This document shows, piece by piece, positions 19,298 to 27,305 of a DNA stretch of 64,000 bases. The stretch's first letter is position 1. Every line of letters starts with the position of its first letter. Made by a program: the position numbers and the translations under genes. This DNA is from Catenulispora sp. (GTDB lineage: Bacteria > Actinomycetota > Actinomycetes > Streptomycetales > Catenulisporaceae). The notes beneath the pieces were generated by a model. The model was given only the letters and a program-made list of their open reading frames with translations, was not told the DNA's origin and made no database searches. The stretch covers positions 78,013-142,012 of the forward strand of contig JABFXP010000051.1 in NCBI GenBank assembly GCA_013361685.1. Reading direction: 5' to 3'.

Positions 19298-20713
19298 ATG
19301 AGCTCGTATGACCTGGTGGTGGTCGGCGGCGGCAGCGCCGGGCTGACCGCGGCGCGGCTGGCCGGGCGGCTGGGCGCGCGGGTGCTGCTCGCCGAGCGGG
19401 ACCGGCTGGGCGGGGACTGCCTGTGGACCGGCTGCGTGCCCAGCAAAGCGCTGCTGCACGCCGCCTCGCAGGTGCTGGCGGCGCGACGCGTCGACACGTA
19501 CGGATTGCCGGCGGCCACGGGACCTGCGGACCTGGCGGCGGTGATGGCACAGGTCCACCGGGCGATGGCGGCGATCGCGCCGCACGATTCGGCGGAATCC
19601 TTGAGCGCCGACGGCGTCGAGGTCGCCTTCGGCCCGGCGCGGTTCACCGGCCCGCGTGGCGTGCAGGTCGGCGACCGGCAGGTCGGCTTCCGGTTCGCGC
19701 TGATCGCCACCGGAAGCTCCCCGGCGCTGCCGCCGGTCCCCGGGCTGGCCCTGACGCATCCGCTGACCAGCGACGACGTGTGGGACCTCGAGCGGCTGCC
19801 GGAGCGGCTGGTGGTGCTCGGCGGTGGGTCGATCGGCTGCGAGCTGGGCCAGGCGTTCGCCCGCCTGGGCTCACAGGTGACCATCGTGGAGGCGATGGAA
19901 TGCCTGCTGCCGCGTGCCGAGCCGCGCGCCTCCGTAGCGCTGGCCGAGCATCTGGCCGGCGAGGGCGTCAGGGTGCTGACCGGTGCCGCGGCCGATCGGG
20001 TGGAGCCGGGTGCGTTGCACGTGGCCGGGCAGGTGCTGCCGTTCGATCGGCTGTTGGTGACGACCGGGCGCCGGGCGAACACCGCCGGACTTGAGCTGGC
20101 CGCCGCCTCGGTGCGGGTCGACGAGCGTGGGAACCCGCTGGTGAACGATCGGCTGGGTACCAGCAACCCGCGGATCTTCGCGGCCGGGGACGCTTCCGGC
20201 CGCTCGGCGTTCACCCATCTGGCGGGGGTGCAGGCCGCGTCGGTGGTGACCGGGGCGCTGCTGGGCGTGCGCCGCGGCGTCGACTACGAAGCGGTGCCGG
20301 CGGTGACGTTCACCGATCCGGAGGTCGCGCAGGTCGGCCTGACCGAGGCCGAGGCCCGCGAACGCCACGGCGACAAGGTGCGGGTGCGGGACCTGGACAA
20401 CGACCGGGTGGACCGGGCCGTGGCCGACGGGCGCACCGCCGGCTTTACCCGTCTGGTGCTGGGCCCGCGCGGGCGGATCGTGGGGGCCACCGTGGTCAGC
20501 CCGCGAGCCGGGGAGACGATCGCGCACTTGGCCGCCGCCGTTCGCATGGGGTGGACGCCGTCGAAGTATGCCGCGACCGTGCACCCGTACCCGACCTACG
20601 CCGACGGCCCGTGGAACGCCGCGCTGGCCGAGGTGGCCGGAAGGCTCGGCTCCACAACCGGCCGGGTCGCGATCAAGGCGCTGTTGGGAGCGCGCAGGAC
20701 CGCGAAGCGGTGA
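19298..20713 (+). CDS. FAD-dependent pyridine nucleotide-disulfide oxidoreductase (class I, dihydrolipoamide dehydrogenase/mercuric reductase-like)
   Basis: YDLVVVGGGSAGL, redox-active pair in GGDCLWTGCVPSK, and a dimerisation domain. There is no C-terminal Cys-Cys, so it is not called MerA. Confidence 0.85.
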   Translation: MSSYDLVVVGGGSAGLTAARLAGRLGARVLLAERDRLGGDCLWTGCVPSKALLHAASQVLAARRVDTYGLPAATGPADLAAVMAQVHRAMAAIAPHDSAESLSADGVEVAFGPARFTGPRGVQVGDRQVGFRFALIATGSSPALPPVPGLALTHPLTSDDVWDLERLPERLVVLGGGSIGCELGQAFARLGSQVTIVEAMECLLPRAEPRASVALAEHLAGEGVRVLTGAAADRVEPGALHVAGQVLPFDRLLVTTGRRANTAGLELAAASVRVDERGNPLVNDRLGTSNPRIFAAGDASGRSAFTHLAGVQAASVVTGALLGVRRGVDYEAVPAVTFTDPEVAQVGLTEAEARERHGDKVRVRDLDNDRVDRAVADGRTAGFTRLVLGPRGRIVGATVVSPRAGETIAHLAAAVRMGWTPSKYAATVHPYPTYADGPWNAALAEVAGRLGSTTGRVAIKALLGARRTAKR

Positions 20714-20719
20714 CCCGGC

Positions 20720-21019
20720 TCAACGCCGCTCCCGAGTGCCCTCAATGCGCACCCCGTTCCAGAACGCGACATGGTTCTTGATCCGCTTCGCCAGGAACCA
20801 GGGGTGCGGGTAGTACCAGGCGGCGTCCGGATTGACCTCGCCATCGACGCTCAGCGTGTAGTAGCGGGCCATCCCCTTCCACGGGCACAGCGTCTTGGTG
20901 GGGCTGTCGAGGAAGAACTCGCGGTTGACCGACTCCGGCGGGAAGTAGTGATTGCCTTCCACGATCCTGGTTCTGGGTGTCTGGGCCAGGACCTGACCGT
21001 TCCATACCGCTCGCATCAT
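20720..21019 (-). CDS. DUF427 domain protein
   Basis: Motifs VEGNHYFPPESV, CPWKGMARYYTL, AAWYYPHP and HVAFW. Confidence 0.8.
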   Translation of the reverse strand: MMRAVWNGQVLAQTPRTRIVEGNHYFPPESVNREFFLDSPTKTLCPWKGMARYYTLSVDGEVNPDAAWYYPHPWFLAKRIKNHVAFWNGVRIEGTRERR

Positions 21020-21056
21020 GGGTGGTCGACCTCCATCGTCGTCAGCCGGGTTCTCA

Positions 21057-21323
21057 TCATCGGGTCAGCCGTTCGGCGAAGCGGCGCAGCCGGGTCTCGG
21101 CTAGATCCGGCGGGGTGCGCCCCGGGCTGGCCCGCAGCGACTGCTTGATCAGGCGCAGGGTCTCGGCATAGCCGCTGCACATCCAGCACACCGCCAGGTG
21201 CGCGGCCACCCGCGGGCCGTCCGCACCGGTCAGCTCGCCGTCCAGATACGCGCCGACCATCCGGCGCAGCCGCAGATGCCGGGCCCACTGGCGGCACTCG
21301 TCCGCGGCCTGTTGCGCGTTCAC
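21057..21323 (-). CDS. zf-HC2 (ZAS-type) anti-sigma factor, short and soluble
   Basis: YLDGEL followed by HLAVCWMC (H-x3-C-x2-C). Paralogous to the ORF at 21973-22251. Confidence 0.65.
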   Translation of the reverse strand: MNAQQAADECRQWARHLRLRRMVGAYLDGELTGADGPRVAAHLAVCWMCSGYAETLRLIKQSLRASPGRTPPDLAETRLRRFAERLTR

Positions 21324-21343
21324 GCCAAGGGAACCCGGTTACC

Positions 21344-21976
21344 GTGGTCTGGGATTCCACAATGGAATTCCGATCTAGCCCGGCGGGTTTCCGACGCGTG
21401 GAGCAACCGGTGGCGAGCCTTGACGCAAGTCGGCAGGCGGCATTCGCGAAGTTCGTGCTGCCCGAGGTCGAAGTGCTCTACCGGGTCGCGCTGTCGATGA
21501 CCGCGCAGCCGGCCGACGCCGAGGACCTGGTGCAGGACACGCTGCTGCGCGCCTACCGCGCGATCGACCGGTTCGACGGGGCGCACCCCCGGGCCTGGCT
21601 GCTCACGATCTTGCGCAACGCCGAGGTCAACCGGCACCGGCGCCGCCGCCCGGATCTGCTGGACGACCCGGACGTGCACCTGGAACACGACACCGGTGGC
21701 GGACCGTTCGACATGGTGCCGCCCACGCCGGAGGAGCTGGTGGTCGGACGGGAGTTCGACGAGGTGGTGGACGCCGCGTTCGGCGCGCTGCCGGTCAAGC
21801 ACCGGCAGGTGGTCCGCCTGATCGACATCGACGGGCTGACCTACGCCGAGGCGGCCGTGCTGCTGGGAGTGCCGGAGGGAACCGTGATGAGCAGACTGCA
21901 CCGGGCCCGCAAGCGGATACGCGACCGCCTCGCCGCCGCCGGGCTCGCCCCGAAGCAGGGCGGTGGTGGACGATGA
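21344..21976 (+). CDS. ECF (sigma-70 family) RNA polymerase sigma factor
   Basis: Region 2 DAEDLVQDTLLRAYRAIDRF...WLLTILRN. Region 4 LTYAEAAVLLGVPEGTVMSRLHRARKRI. Alternative ATG at 21362. Confidence 0.85.
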   Translation: MVWDSTMEFRSSPAGFRRVEQPVASLDASRQAAFAKFVLPEVEVLYRVALSMTAQPADAEDLVQDTLLRAYRAIDRFDGAHPRAWLLTILRNAEVNRHRRRRPDLLDDPDVHLEHDTGGGPFDMVPPTPEELVVGREFDEVVDAAFGALPVKHRQVVRLIDIDGLTYAEAAVLLGVPEGTVMSRLHRARKRIRDRLAAAGLAPKQGGGGR

Positions 21977-22251
21977 TGGGCCGCCGACTGCGCCAGATGC
22001 GGGACATGCGCGAGTGCCTGCACGTCGGCCCACAGCTGCAGTCCTACCTGGACGGCGAGTGCGATCCGGCCACCGTCCGCCGGGTGGCCGCGCATCTGGA
22101 GTACTGCCGCAAGTGCGGCCTGGAGCTGGCCGCCTACCGGGAGATCAAGCGGGCGTTGGCGACGCACGAGCAGCCCGCCGACGATGCGGTCGCGCGCCTG
22201 CGGGCCTTCGGCGAGCACCTGGCCGGCGCGGGGCCAGAGGCGGAGCTGTAG
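21973..22251 (+). CDS. zf-HC2 (ZAS-type) anti-sigma factor, short and soluble
   Basis: ATGA overlap with the sigma gene. YLDGEC and HLEYCRKC (H-x3-C-x2-C). Confidence 0.75.
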   Translation: MMGRRLRQMRDMRECLHVGPQLQSYLDGECDPATVRRVAAHLEYCRKCGLELAAYREIKRALATHEQPADDAVARLRAFGEHLAGAGPEAEL

Positions 22252-22449
22252 CCGGCCGGCGGGGAAACCGCAGCTCCGGCCCGCGCCCGGGGAACTCGAC
22301 ACTCCTGCGTGTGCGGGCCGGAACCGGTCACCTGGAGGATACGGAGCGGGCCCGCCGCACCGCGAGTAGCACCCCGAGGGTCATGCCGAAGATCAGGTGC
22401 TCGACCAGGAAGGTGCCGTAGCCGACCATCGTGGCCATGTGCGTGATTT

Positions 22450-23015
22450 GATCGCCGCTGTTCGCGCTGCTGTATGCGATCGCCGAGACCGCGCTGTTCC
22501 CGGGCTCGGTGCTGACCGCCGCGGCGGGAGTGCTGTTCGGGCTCTGGCTCGGCACTGCGACCGTGCTGGTCGGCGCGACGGCGGGCGCGGCGCCGTCGTT
22601 CGGCCTGGCGCGATCACTCGGGCGCCCGGCGGTGGCCCGGCTGATCGGAGACGGCCGGCTGGCCGGGCTGGATGCGTTCGTGTCCTGGCAAGGTTTCTGA
22701 ACCGTGCTGATAGTGCGACTGGTGCCGCTGTTCCCGTTCGCGATCGTCAACTACGGGGCCGGGGTGAGCGCAGTGCGGTTCCGGCCGTACCTGGCGGCCA
22801 CCGCGATCGGCATCGTGCCCGGCACCCTGGCCTACGCCGGGATCGGCGTTTCGCTGCACGATCCCAGCTCTCCGGTGCTGTGGTCGGCGCTGGCGGGGCT
22901 GCTGGCCTTGACCGTCGGCGGCGCCTGGGCCGCCCGGGTCGTTCGCTCCCGCGCGACCCCGCCCGAAGACTCGGCAGGCGATGCTGTCCGGCCGTTCCAC
23001 GACACCCCGTCATGA
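22450..23015 (+). pseudogene. TVP38/TMEM64 (DedA-related) family membrane protein, 5'-truncated with an in-frame TGA at 22698-22700
   Basis: PLFALLYAIAETALFPGSVLTAAAGVLFG...VSWQGF*TVLIVRLVPLFPFAIVNYGAGVS. The family motif RL-P-x-x-PF is present after the stop. There is no start codon for the first 20 codons. Confidence 0.6.
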
Positions 23016-23095
23016 CAGATGGCTGATGCCTGACGGGGTCCTGGACACCGGCAGAACACTGGTTGGCATCCAAGCCATGGACGTTCCGTTCACGT

Positions 23096-23878
23096 TCACT
23101 CGGCTCGGGCGATCAGACGCCGGATCGGGATCGGAACCGAGGGGCGCATGACGGCCGCCGTCCGCACCGCCACGGACAGCACACGCATCCGGGCTGGACC
23201 GGTTCCTTGCAGGTACAGCGAGTCCAACAGCAGCTGCGCGTCGGCACCGGTGCGGACCCGGAAGGAAAAACGGCGCTGCTCGTCGCCGATCAGGCGCAGC
23301 CGGTGGCGGGCGAATGCAGCGCCGGCGTCGGCCAGCGCGGCGTTGTTGGGACTGCGCGGCAGCGATCCGGTACCCAGCAGCAGCCCGAAGAGCCGTGCGG
23401 CGTGGGCGGAGGTAGCGACCTCGGCGGGGACGGTCGCGGCGAGCAGGCCGCCGGGGCGCAGGACCCGGCGGATCTCGGCGAGCACAGCGTCCAGCGGCTG
23501 CGCGATCATCAGCGCCATCGAGCAGACCACCGTGTCGAATACGGCGTCGGGATGAGGCAGCGCGGCGGCGTCCGCGCGGATCAGCTTGCTGACGCCGCTG
23601 CGCTGGGCCGCGTTGAGCTCGGCGGGCGAGCGGTCGACGCCGACGTAAGCGCAGCCCGGCGCGACCGTGCGGCGCATCGGGGCGCTGCCGCAGGCCAGGT
23701 CCAGTACCGTGCCCTGCTTCGGGACGGCGTCGGCCAGCCACCGATACGGCGTGATCCCATGATCGACGGCACGTTGCAGGACGGCTTCGGTGATGCCGGG
23801 GTTGCGCTGGTGGAAGGCGCGCAGGAATTCTTGATTGATCACGCTGTTCTGGCCGATCACAGGATTCTGCGCCACCAT
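23096..23878 (-). CDS. class I SAM-dependent methyltransferase
   Basis: Motif I GTVLDLACGS and post-I/II blocks VGVDRS, DTVVCSMAL and LRPGGLL. Last gene of the 7-gene operon; overlaps the mycoredoxin gene by 22 nt. Confidence 0.8.
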   Translation of the reverse strand: MVAQNPVIGQNSVINQEFLRAFHQRNPGITEAVLQRAVDHGITPYRWLADAVPKQGTVLDLACGSAPMRRTVAPGCAYVGVDRSPAELNAAQRSGVSKLIRADAAALPHPDAVFDTVVCSMALMIAQPLDAVLAEIRRVLRPGGLLAATVPAEVATSAHAARLFGLLLGTGSLPRSPNNAALADAGAAFARHRLRLIGDEQRRFSFRVRTGADAQLLLDSLYLQGTGPARMRVLSVAVRTAAVMRPSVPIPIRRLIARAE

Positions 23879-24171
23879 GGCCTCCTCGCCGGCGCCACGT
23901 CGGCGGTCACCAGATCCGGCGCGTACTCCTCCACGGCGGCCAGCACCGTGGACACACTCGGGTTCACCATTGCGTGCCCGGCCACGACGACGGTGGGGAC
24001 GGTCTCGTCGCCGTTGGCGACCGAGCGCACGAATGCCTTGGCTTCAGGATCGTCCCAGATGTCGACCTCTCGGTAGTGCAGGCCGGTGGCGCGCAGGCCG
24101 CGTCGCAGCTTCCAGCAGTAGCTGCATCCGGGGCGCCAGTAGACGATCACCTCGCCGCTGGAATCGGTCAT
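23857..24171 (-). CDS. mycoredoxin / actinobacterial glutaredoxin-like protein
   Basis: VIVYWRPGCSYCWKL (CxxC), then EVDIWDDPEAKAFVRSV and ETVPTVVV. This pattern matches the mycoredoxin family. Confidence 0.75.
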   Translation of the reverse strand: MTDSSGEVIVYWRPGCSYCWKLRRGLRATGLHYREVDIWDDPEAKAFVRSVANGDETVPTVVVAGHAMVNPSVSTVLAAVEEYAPDLVTADVAPARRPWWRRIL

Positions 24172-24183
24172 GGGGCTTCCTCC

Positions 24184-25854
24184 TCAGATGGCGCAGTGCA
24201 CGGGCGCGGGCAGGTTGCCGTCGGCCAGGCGTGCGGCCAGGAACCGTTCGGTGACCAGGCGCTTGCCTTCGGCCAGCGGTGTGCCGGCCGGGGCCAGGTG
24301 CATGTCGGGGCTGGTCGCGGCATCGGCGCCGGCCGGGTGCCAGTGCAGGCCGTCGGCGCTGACGGTCAGCTCCGGGATGCTGCTGTCCTCGCCGATCTCC
24401 TGCCCGGTCTCGGAGAACCCGCGGCGCAGCAGGGGCCGTACCGCGAAGTTCGCCGGCGGCAGGCCGAGGCCGGCCAGAAGTTCGGCGACCTGCTCGATCT
24501 CGCCGGCGTTCTCCGGGGTCTCGGTCAGCGCCACGCGCGGCGGGAACCCGATGTCGATCAGGAGTCTGATGCCGTCCAGGGTGCGGGTGAACGAACCGCG
24601 TCCGCGGTGCGCGTCGTGGGTGGCCGGGCACGCGCCGTCCAGCGAGGTCTGGATCACCAGTTTGCGATCGGCCAGGTCGGCGAGCCGGGACATGCGCCGG
24701 GTTCCGGCGAGCATGGCGTTGGTCAGCACGACGGTGGGCAGCGCCGAGCTGGCGGCATCCAGCAGGGCGATGATGTCAGGGTGCAGGAACGGCTCGCCGC
24801 CGGTCAGGTACAGCTCGGCGAAGCCCTCGGCGACGGCCTGCTCGACCAGCGCGCCGAAGGCGTCCACCGTCAGCGATCTGGGCCGGGCCCGGGGTGAGGA
24901 CGCGACCGCGCAGTAGTCGCAGCGCAGGTTGCAGTGGAAGTTGGTGTAGATCCACAGCCGGGACGGGAAGTAGTCCGACCCGAACAGCGGGATCACCGGA
25001 CGCGCATCGTCGCCGGCGGAGGTCGTTTCGCCCCAGCCGCCGGCCGGGGCGAACGCGGTGGGCAGGGCGCTGCGATACAGGTGGAACCGTCCCCTTGAGC
25101 GCTCGGCCGGCGGCAGTGATTCCAGGCAGGTGGTCCACCAGCCGGTCTCGATGGTCTCGGCGAACGGCTCCGGGAGCCCGGCGTGGCGCATCGAGGCGGC
25201 CTGCGATCGCCAATCGTAGGCCAGTGGCACGAGTTCGGCCGAGGCCTGGCCGTCGTCGAGATCGAGCAGCGCGTACCAGACCTGCGTGTTCCCGTCATTC
25301 GCGGGCTTGCCCAGCACGCCCACGTTGACGGCGAGGGCCTGCCCGATCCGCCGGATCCAGGGCAGGCCGCTGTGCGTGCACAAGATCACTTGTGCGCCGC
25401 TGGCCGCCGCGCGCGCCCGGTGCTCGGATTCCGGCAGCGATTCCCACCAGAAGTCGTTGAGTGCCAACGGGGATCCGTGGACCATGTGGACGGCGCAGCC
25501 TCCGATCTGAAGGCGGCGCTCGGTGGGCAGAGCACCCATCCAGGCGGCGAACGGTCGGCTGGTGGTGGCCAGCGTGTGGTCGTAGATGAGCTGGGCGTAG
25601 GCGTTGTCGCGTTCGTCGCGGTAGCCGCAGCCGCAGTCCGGGTCGGCGCGGGCGATCGCGACGTCGTAGTTCCCGGCGACGCACTCGACGCGGTTTTCGC
25701 GCAGGATCGGCCACAGCGCGTCGACCTCGGCGCCGAACCCGCCCAGATCACCCAGACAGAACAAGCGGTCGGCACCCCGGACGCGGGCGTCGCAGACGAA
25801 CGCCCGCAGTGCGTAGGGGTTGCCGTAGGGGCCTCCGGATACTGCGATCCGCAT
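24184..25854 (-). CDS. fusion protein: N-terminal metallophosphoesterase-like domain + C-terminal radical SAM domain
   Basis: Residues 1-245 are calcineurin-like (LGDLGG, AGNYD, VHMVHGSP, LCTHSG). Residues 300-556 are radical SAM, with CNLRCDYC at residues 308-315 followed by LYLTGGEPFL. Confidence 0.8.
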   Translation of the reverse strand: MRIAVSGGPYGNPYALRAFVCDARVRGADRLFCLGDLGGFGAEVDALWPILRENRVECVAGNYDVAIARADPDCGCGYRDERDNAYAQLIYDHTLATTSRPFAAWMGALPTERRLQIGGCAVHMVHGSPLALNDFWWESLPESEHRARAAASGAQVILCTHSGLPWIRRIGQALAVNVGVLGKPANDGNTQVWYALLDLDDGQASAELVPLAYDWRSQAASMRHAGLPEPFAETIETGWWTTCLESLPPAERSRGRFHLYRSALPTAFAPAGGWGETTSAGDDARPVIPLFGSDYFPSRLWIYTNFHCNLRCDYCAVASSPRARPRSLTVDAFGALVEQAVAEGFAELYLTGGEPFLHPDIIALLDAASSALPTVVLTNAMLAGTRRMSRLADLADRKLVIQTSLDGACPATHDAHRGRGSFTRTLDGIRLLIDIGFPPRVALTETPENAGEIEQVAELLAGLGLPPANFAVRPLLRRGFSETGQEIGEDSSIPELTVSADGLHWHPAGADAATSPDMHLAPAGTPLAEGKRLVTERFLAARLADGNLPAPVHCAI

Positions 25855-25895
25855 GGTGTGCTGCTCCAGGTGGTTGGGGATTCAGGGTTCGGTTG

Positions 25896-27305
25896 TCAGG
25901 CGGGGGCCGGCACCGGAGCCGGTACCAACGATTCCAGGGCGCGTCCGGCGGCCTCGGTGCCGCCGCGCGCGCCGTAGGCGGTCATGGCACCGGCACCGAC
26001 CAGCCAGAAGGCGATGACCAGCAGGTAGGAGGCGGTGGGGCCGATCCGGGTGGCCACATCCGGCAGCGACAGGGTGCCGAGGATCGCGCCGATCCGGCCG
26101 ACGGCCACGCACATCCCTATCCCGGCGCCGCGCAGGTGGGTCGGGAACAGCTCGCTGAACGTCGGGTAGGCCGAGGTCCAGGCGGCTGTGGCCACGCCGT
26201 TGGCGACGACGAACGCCGCCGTCACCCAGGCCCCGGACCCGGTGGCGGTGGCGGCGGCCAGCAGCCCGACCCCGGCGGCTGCGGCCAGGTAGCTGCCGGT
26301 GACGGTGACCCGACGCCCGGCCCGGTCCAGCAGCGCCGCTGCCGTGAGCCCGCCGATCAGGCCGCCGACGTTGCCGACGATGTAGAAGAACGGGATCTGC
26401 GCCGATCCGATGTGGACTGCTGGTAGCACCACGACCGACAGCAGCGCGAAGATGCCGTAGTAGCCGAACGCCTCGGCCAGATCCAGCGCGGTGCCCAGCG
26501 CGAGCCGGCCGGGATAGCGGCGGACCAGCTCACCGAGCGCGGCCCGCGTCGATGGCGTCTGCCGCTCAGGCTCGGCCGCAGCCTCGTTCGGTGTCGGCCG
26601 GGTGATCCCGCAGGCGTGTTCGAGATCTGCCACGATCTGTTCGGCCTCGGCGGTCCGGCCGCGTGCGGCCAGCCAGCGCGGGGATTCCGGGATGCGGCGG
26701 CGGAAGTACAGCACGATCAGCGCCAGCAGCCCGCCCAGGACGAACAGGTATCGCCAGGATGTCGCGCTGCCCAGGGCGAGGGTGTCCAGCAGGAAGTAGG
26801 CCAGCAGGGCGGCGATGACCGCCCCGGCCGGCCAGAAGTTCATCACTGTCACCGACGCCCGGCCCCGGACCCGGGCCGGCATGAACTCGGCGATCGCCGC
26901 GTTCACGATCGCGTACTCGGCCCCCACCCCGAGGGCGGCCAGGAACCGCAGGACGTAGACGAAGCCGAGGCTGGGGCTTAGCCCGGTCAGCACGGTGAAC
27001 CCGGCGTACCAGAGCAACGTGAGCACGAACATGCGGCGCCGCCCGAGTCGGTCGGTCAGCGCCCCGCCGGTCAGGGCGCCGATCAGGATCCCGGACAGCC
27101 ACACTGCGAGTACTGAGTCGCGGGCGAACACCGAGGCGTGGAAGTGGTCGCCGAGCGGGCCGACGGCGCTGGAGAACAACTGCACCTCCAGGGAGTCGAA
27201 CAGCCAGCCGGCGCCCAGGGCGAGCAGGATCGTGGTGTGTCGGGGGCTCCAGGGCAGCCGGTCCAGGCTGGCACCGAGGGATTCCGGTGTCGAGGTCTCG
27301 GTCAT
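25896..27305 (-). CDS. MFS transporter
   Basis: About 12 TM segments; loop 2-3 motif TDRLGRRRMF. ATGA-type 4-nt overlap with the upstream fused transferase gene. Confidence 0.85.
   Translation of the reverse strand: MTETSTPESLGASLDRLPWSPRHTTILLALGAGWLFDSLEVQLFSSAVGPLGDHFHASVFARDSVLAVWLSGILIGALTGGALTDRLGRRRMFVLTLLWYAGFTVLTGLSPSLGFVYVLRFLAALGVGAEYAIVNAAIAEFMPARVRGRASVTVMNFWPAGAVIAALLAYFLLDTLALGSATSWRYLFVLGGLLALIVLYFRRRIPESPRWLAARGRTAEAEQIVADLEHACGITRPTPNEAAAEPERQTPSTRAALGELVRRYPGRLALGTALDLAEAFGYYGIFALLSVVVLPAVHIGSAQIPFFYIVGNVGGLIGGLTAAALLDRAGRRVTVTGSYLAAAAGVGLLAAATATGSGAWVTAAFVVANGVATAAWTSAYPTFSELFPTHLRGAGIGMCVAVGRIGAILGTLSLPDVATRIGPTASYLLVIAFWLVGAGAMTAYGARGGTEAAGRALESLVPAPVPAPA

Noticed and set aside
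19298-20713. A second mercuric reductase.
   Set aside because: It has the CxxxxC redox centre but lacks the C-terminal Cys-Cys pair and the mer gene context. It is called a generic class I flavoprotein disulfide oxidoreductase.
22698-22700. The in-frame TGA in the TVP38 gene read as selenocysteine or programmed readthrough.
   Set aside because: There is no Cys/Sec-type catalytic context in this membrane family, and I see no SECIS-like hairpin immediately downstream. The gene is also 5'-truncated, so a nonsense mutation is the simpler explanation.
23096-23878. Calling the operon methyltransferase ArsM (arsenite methyltransferase).
   Set aside because: Only the generic class I SAM motifs are visible. 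I could not identify the conserved ArsM cysteine set, so the specific name is unsupported.
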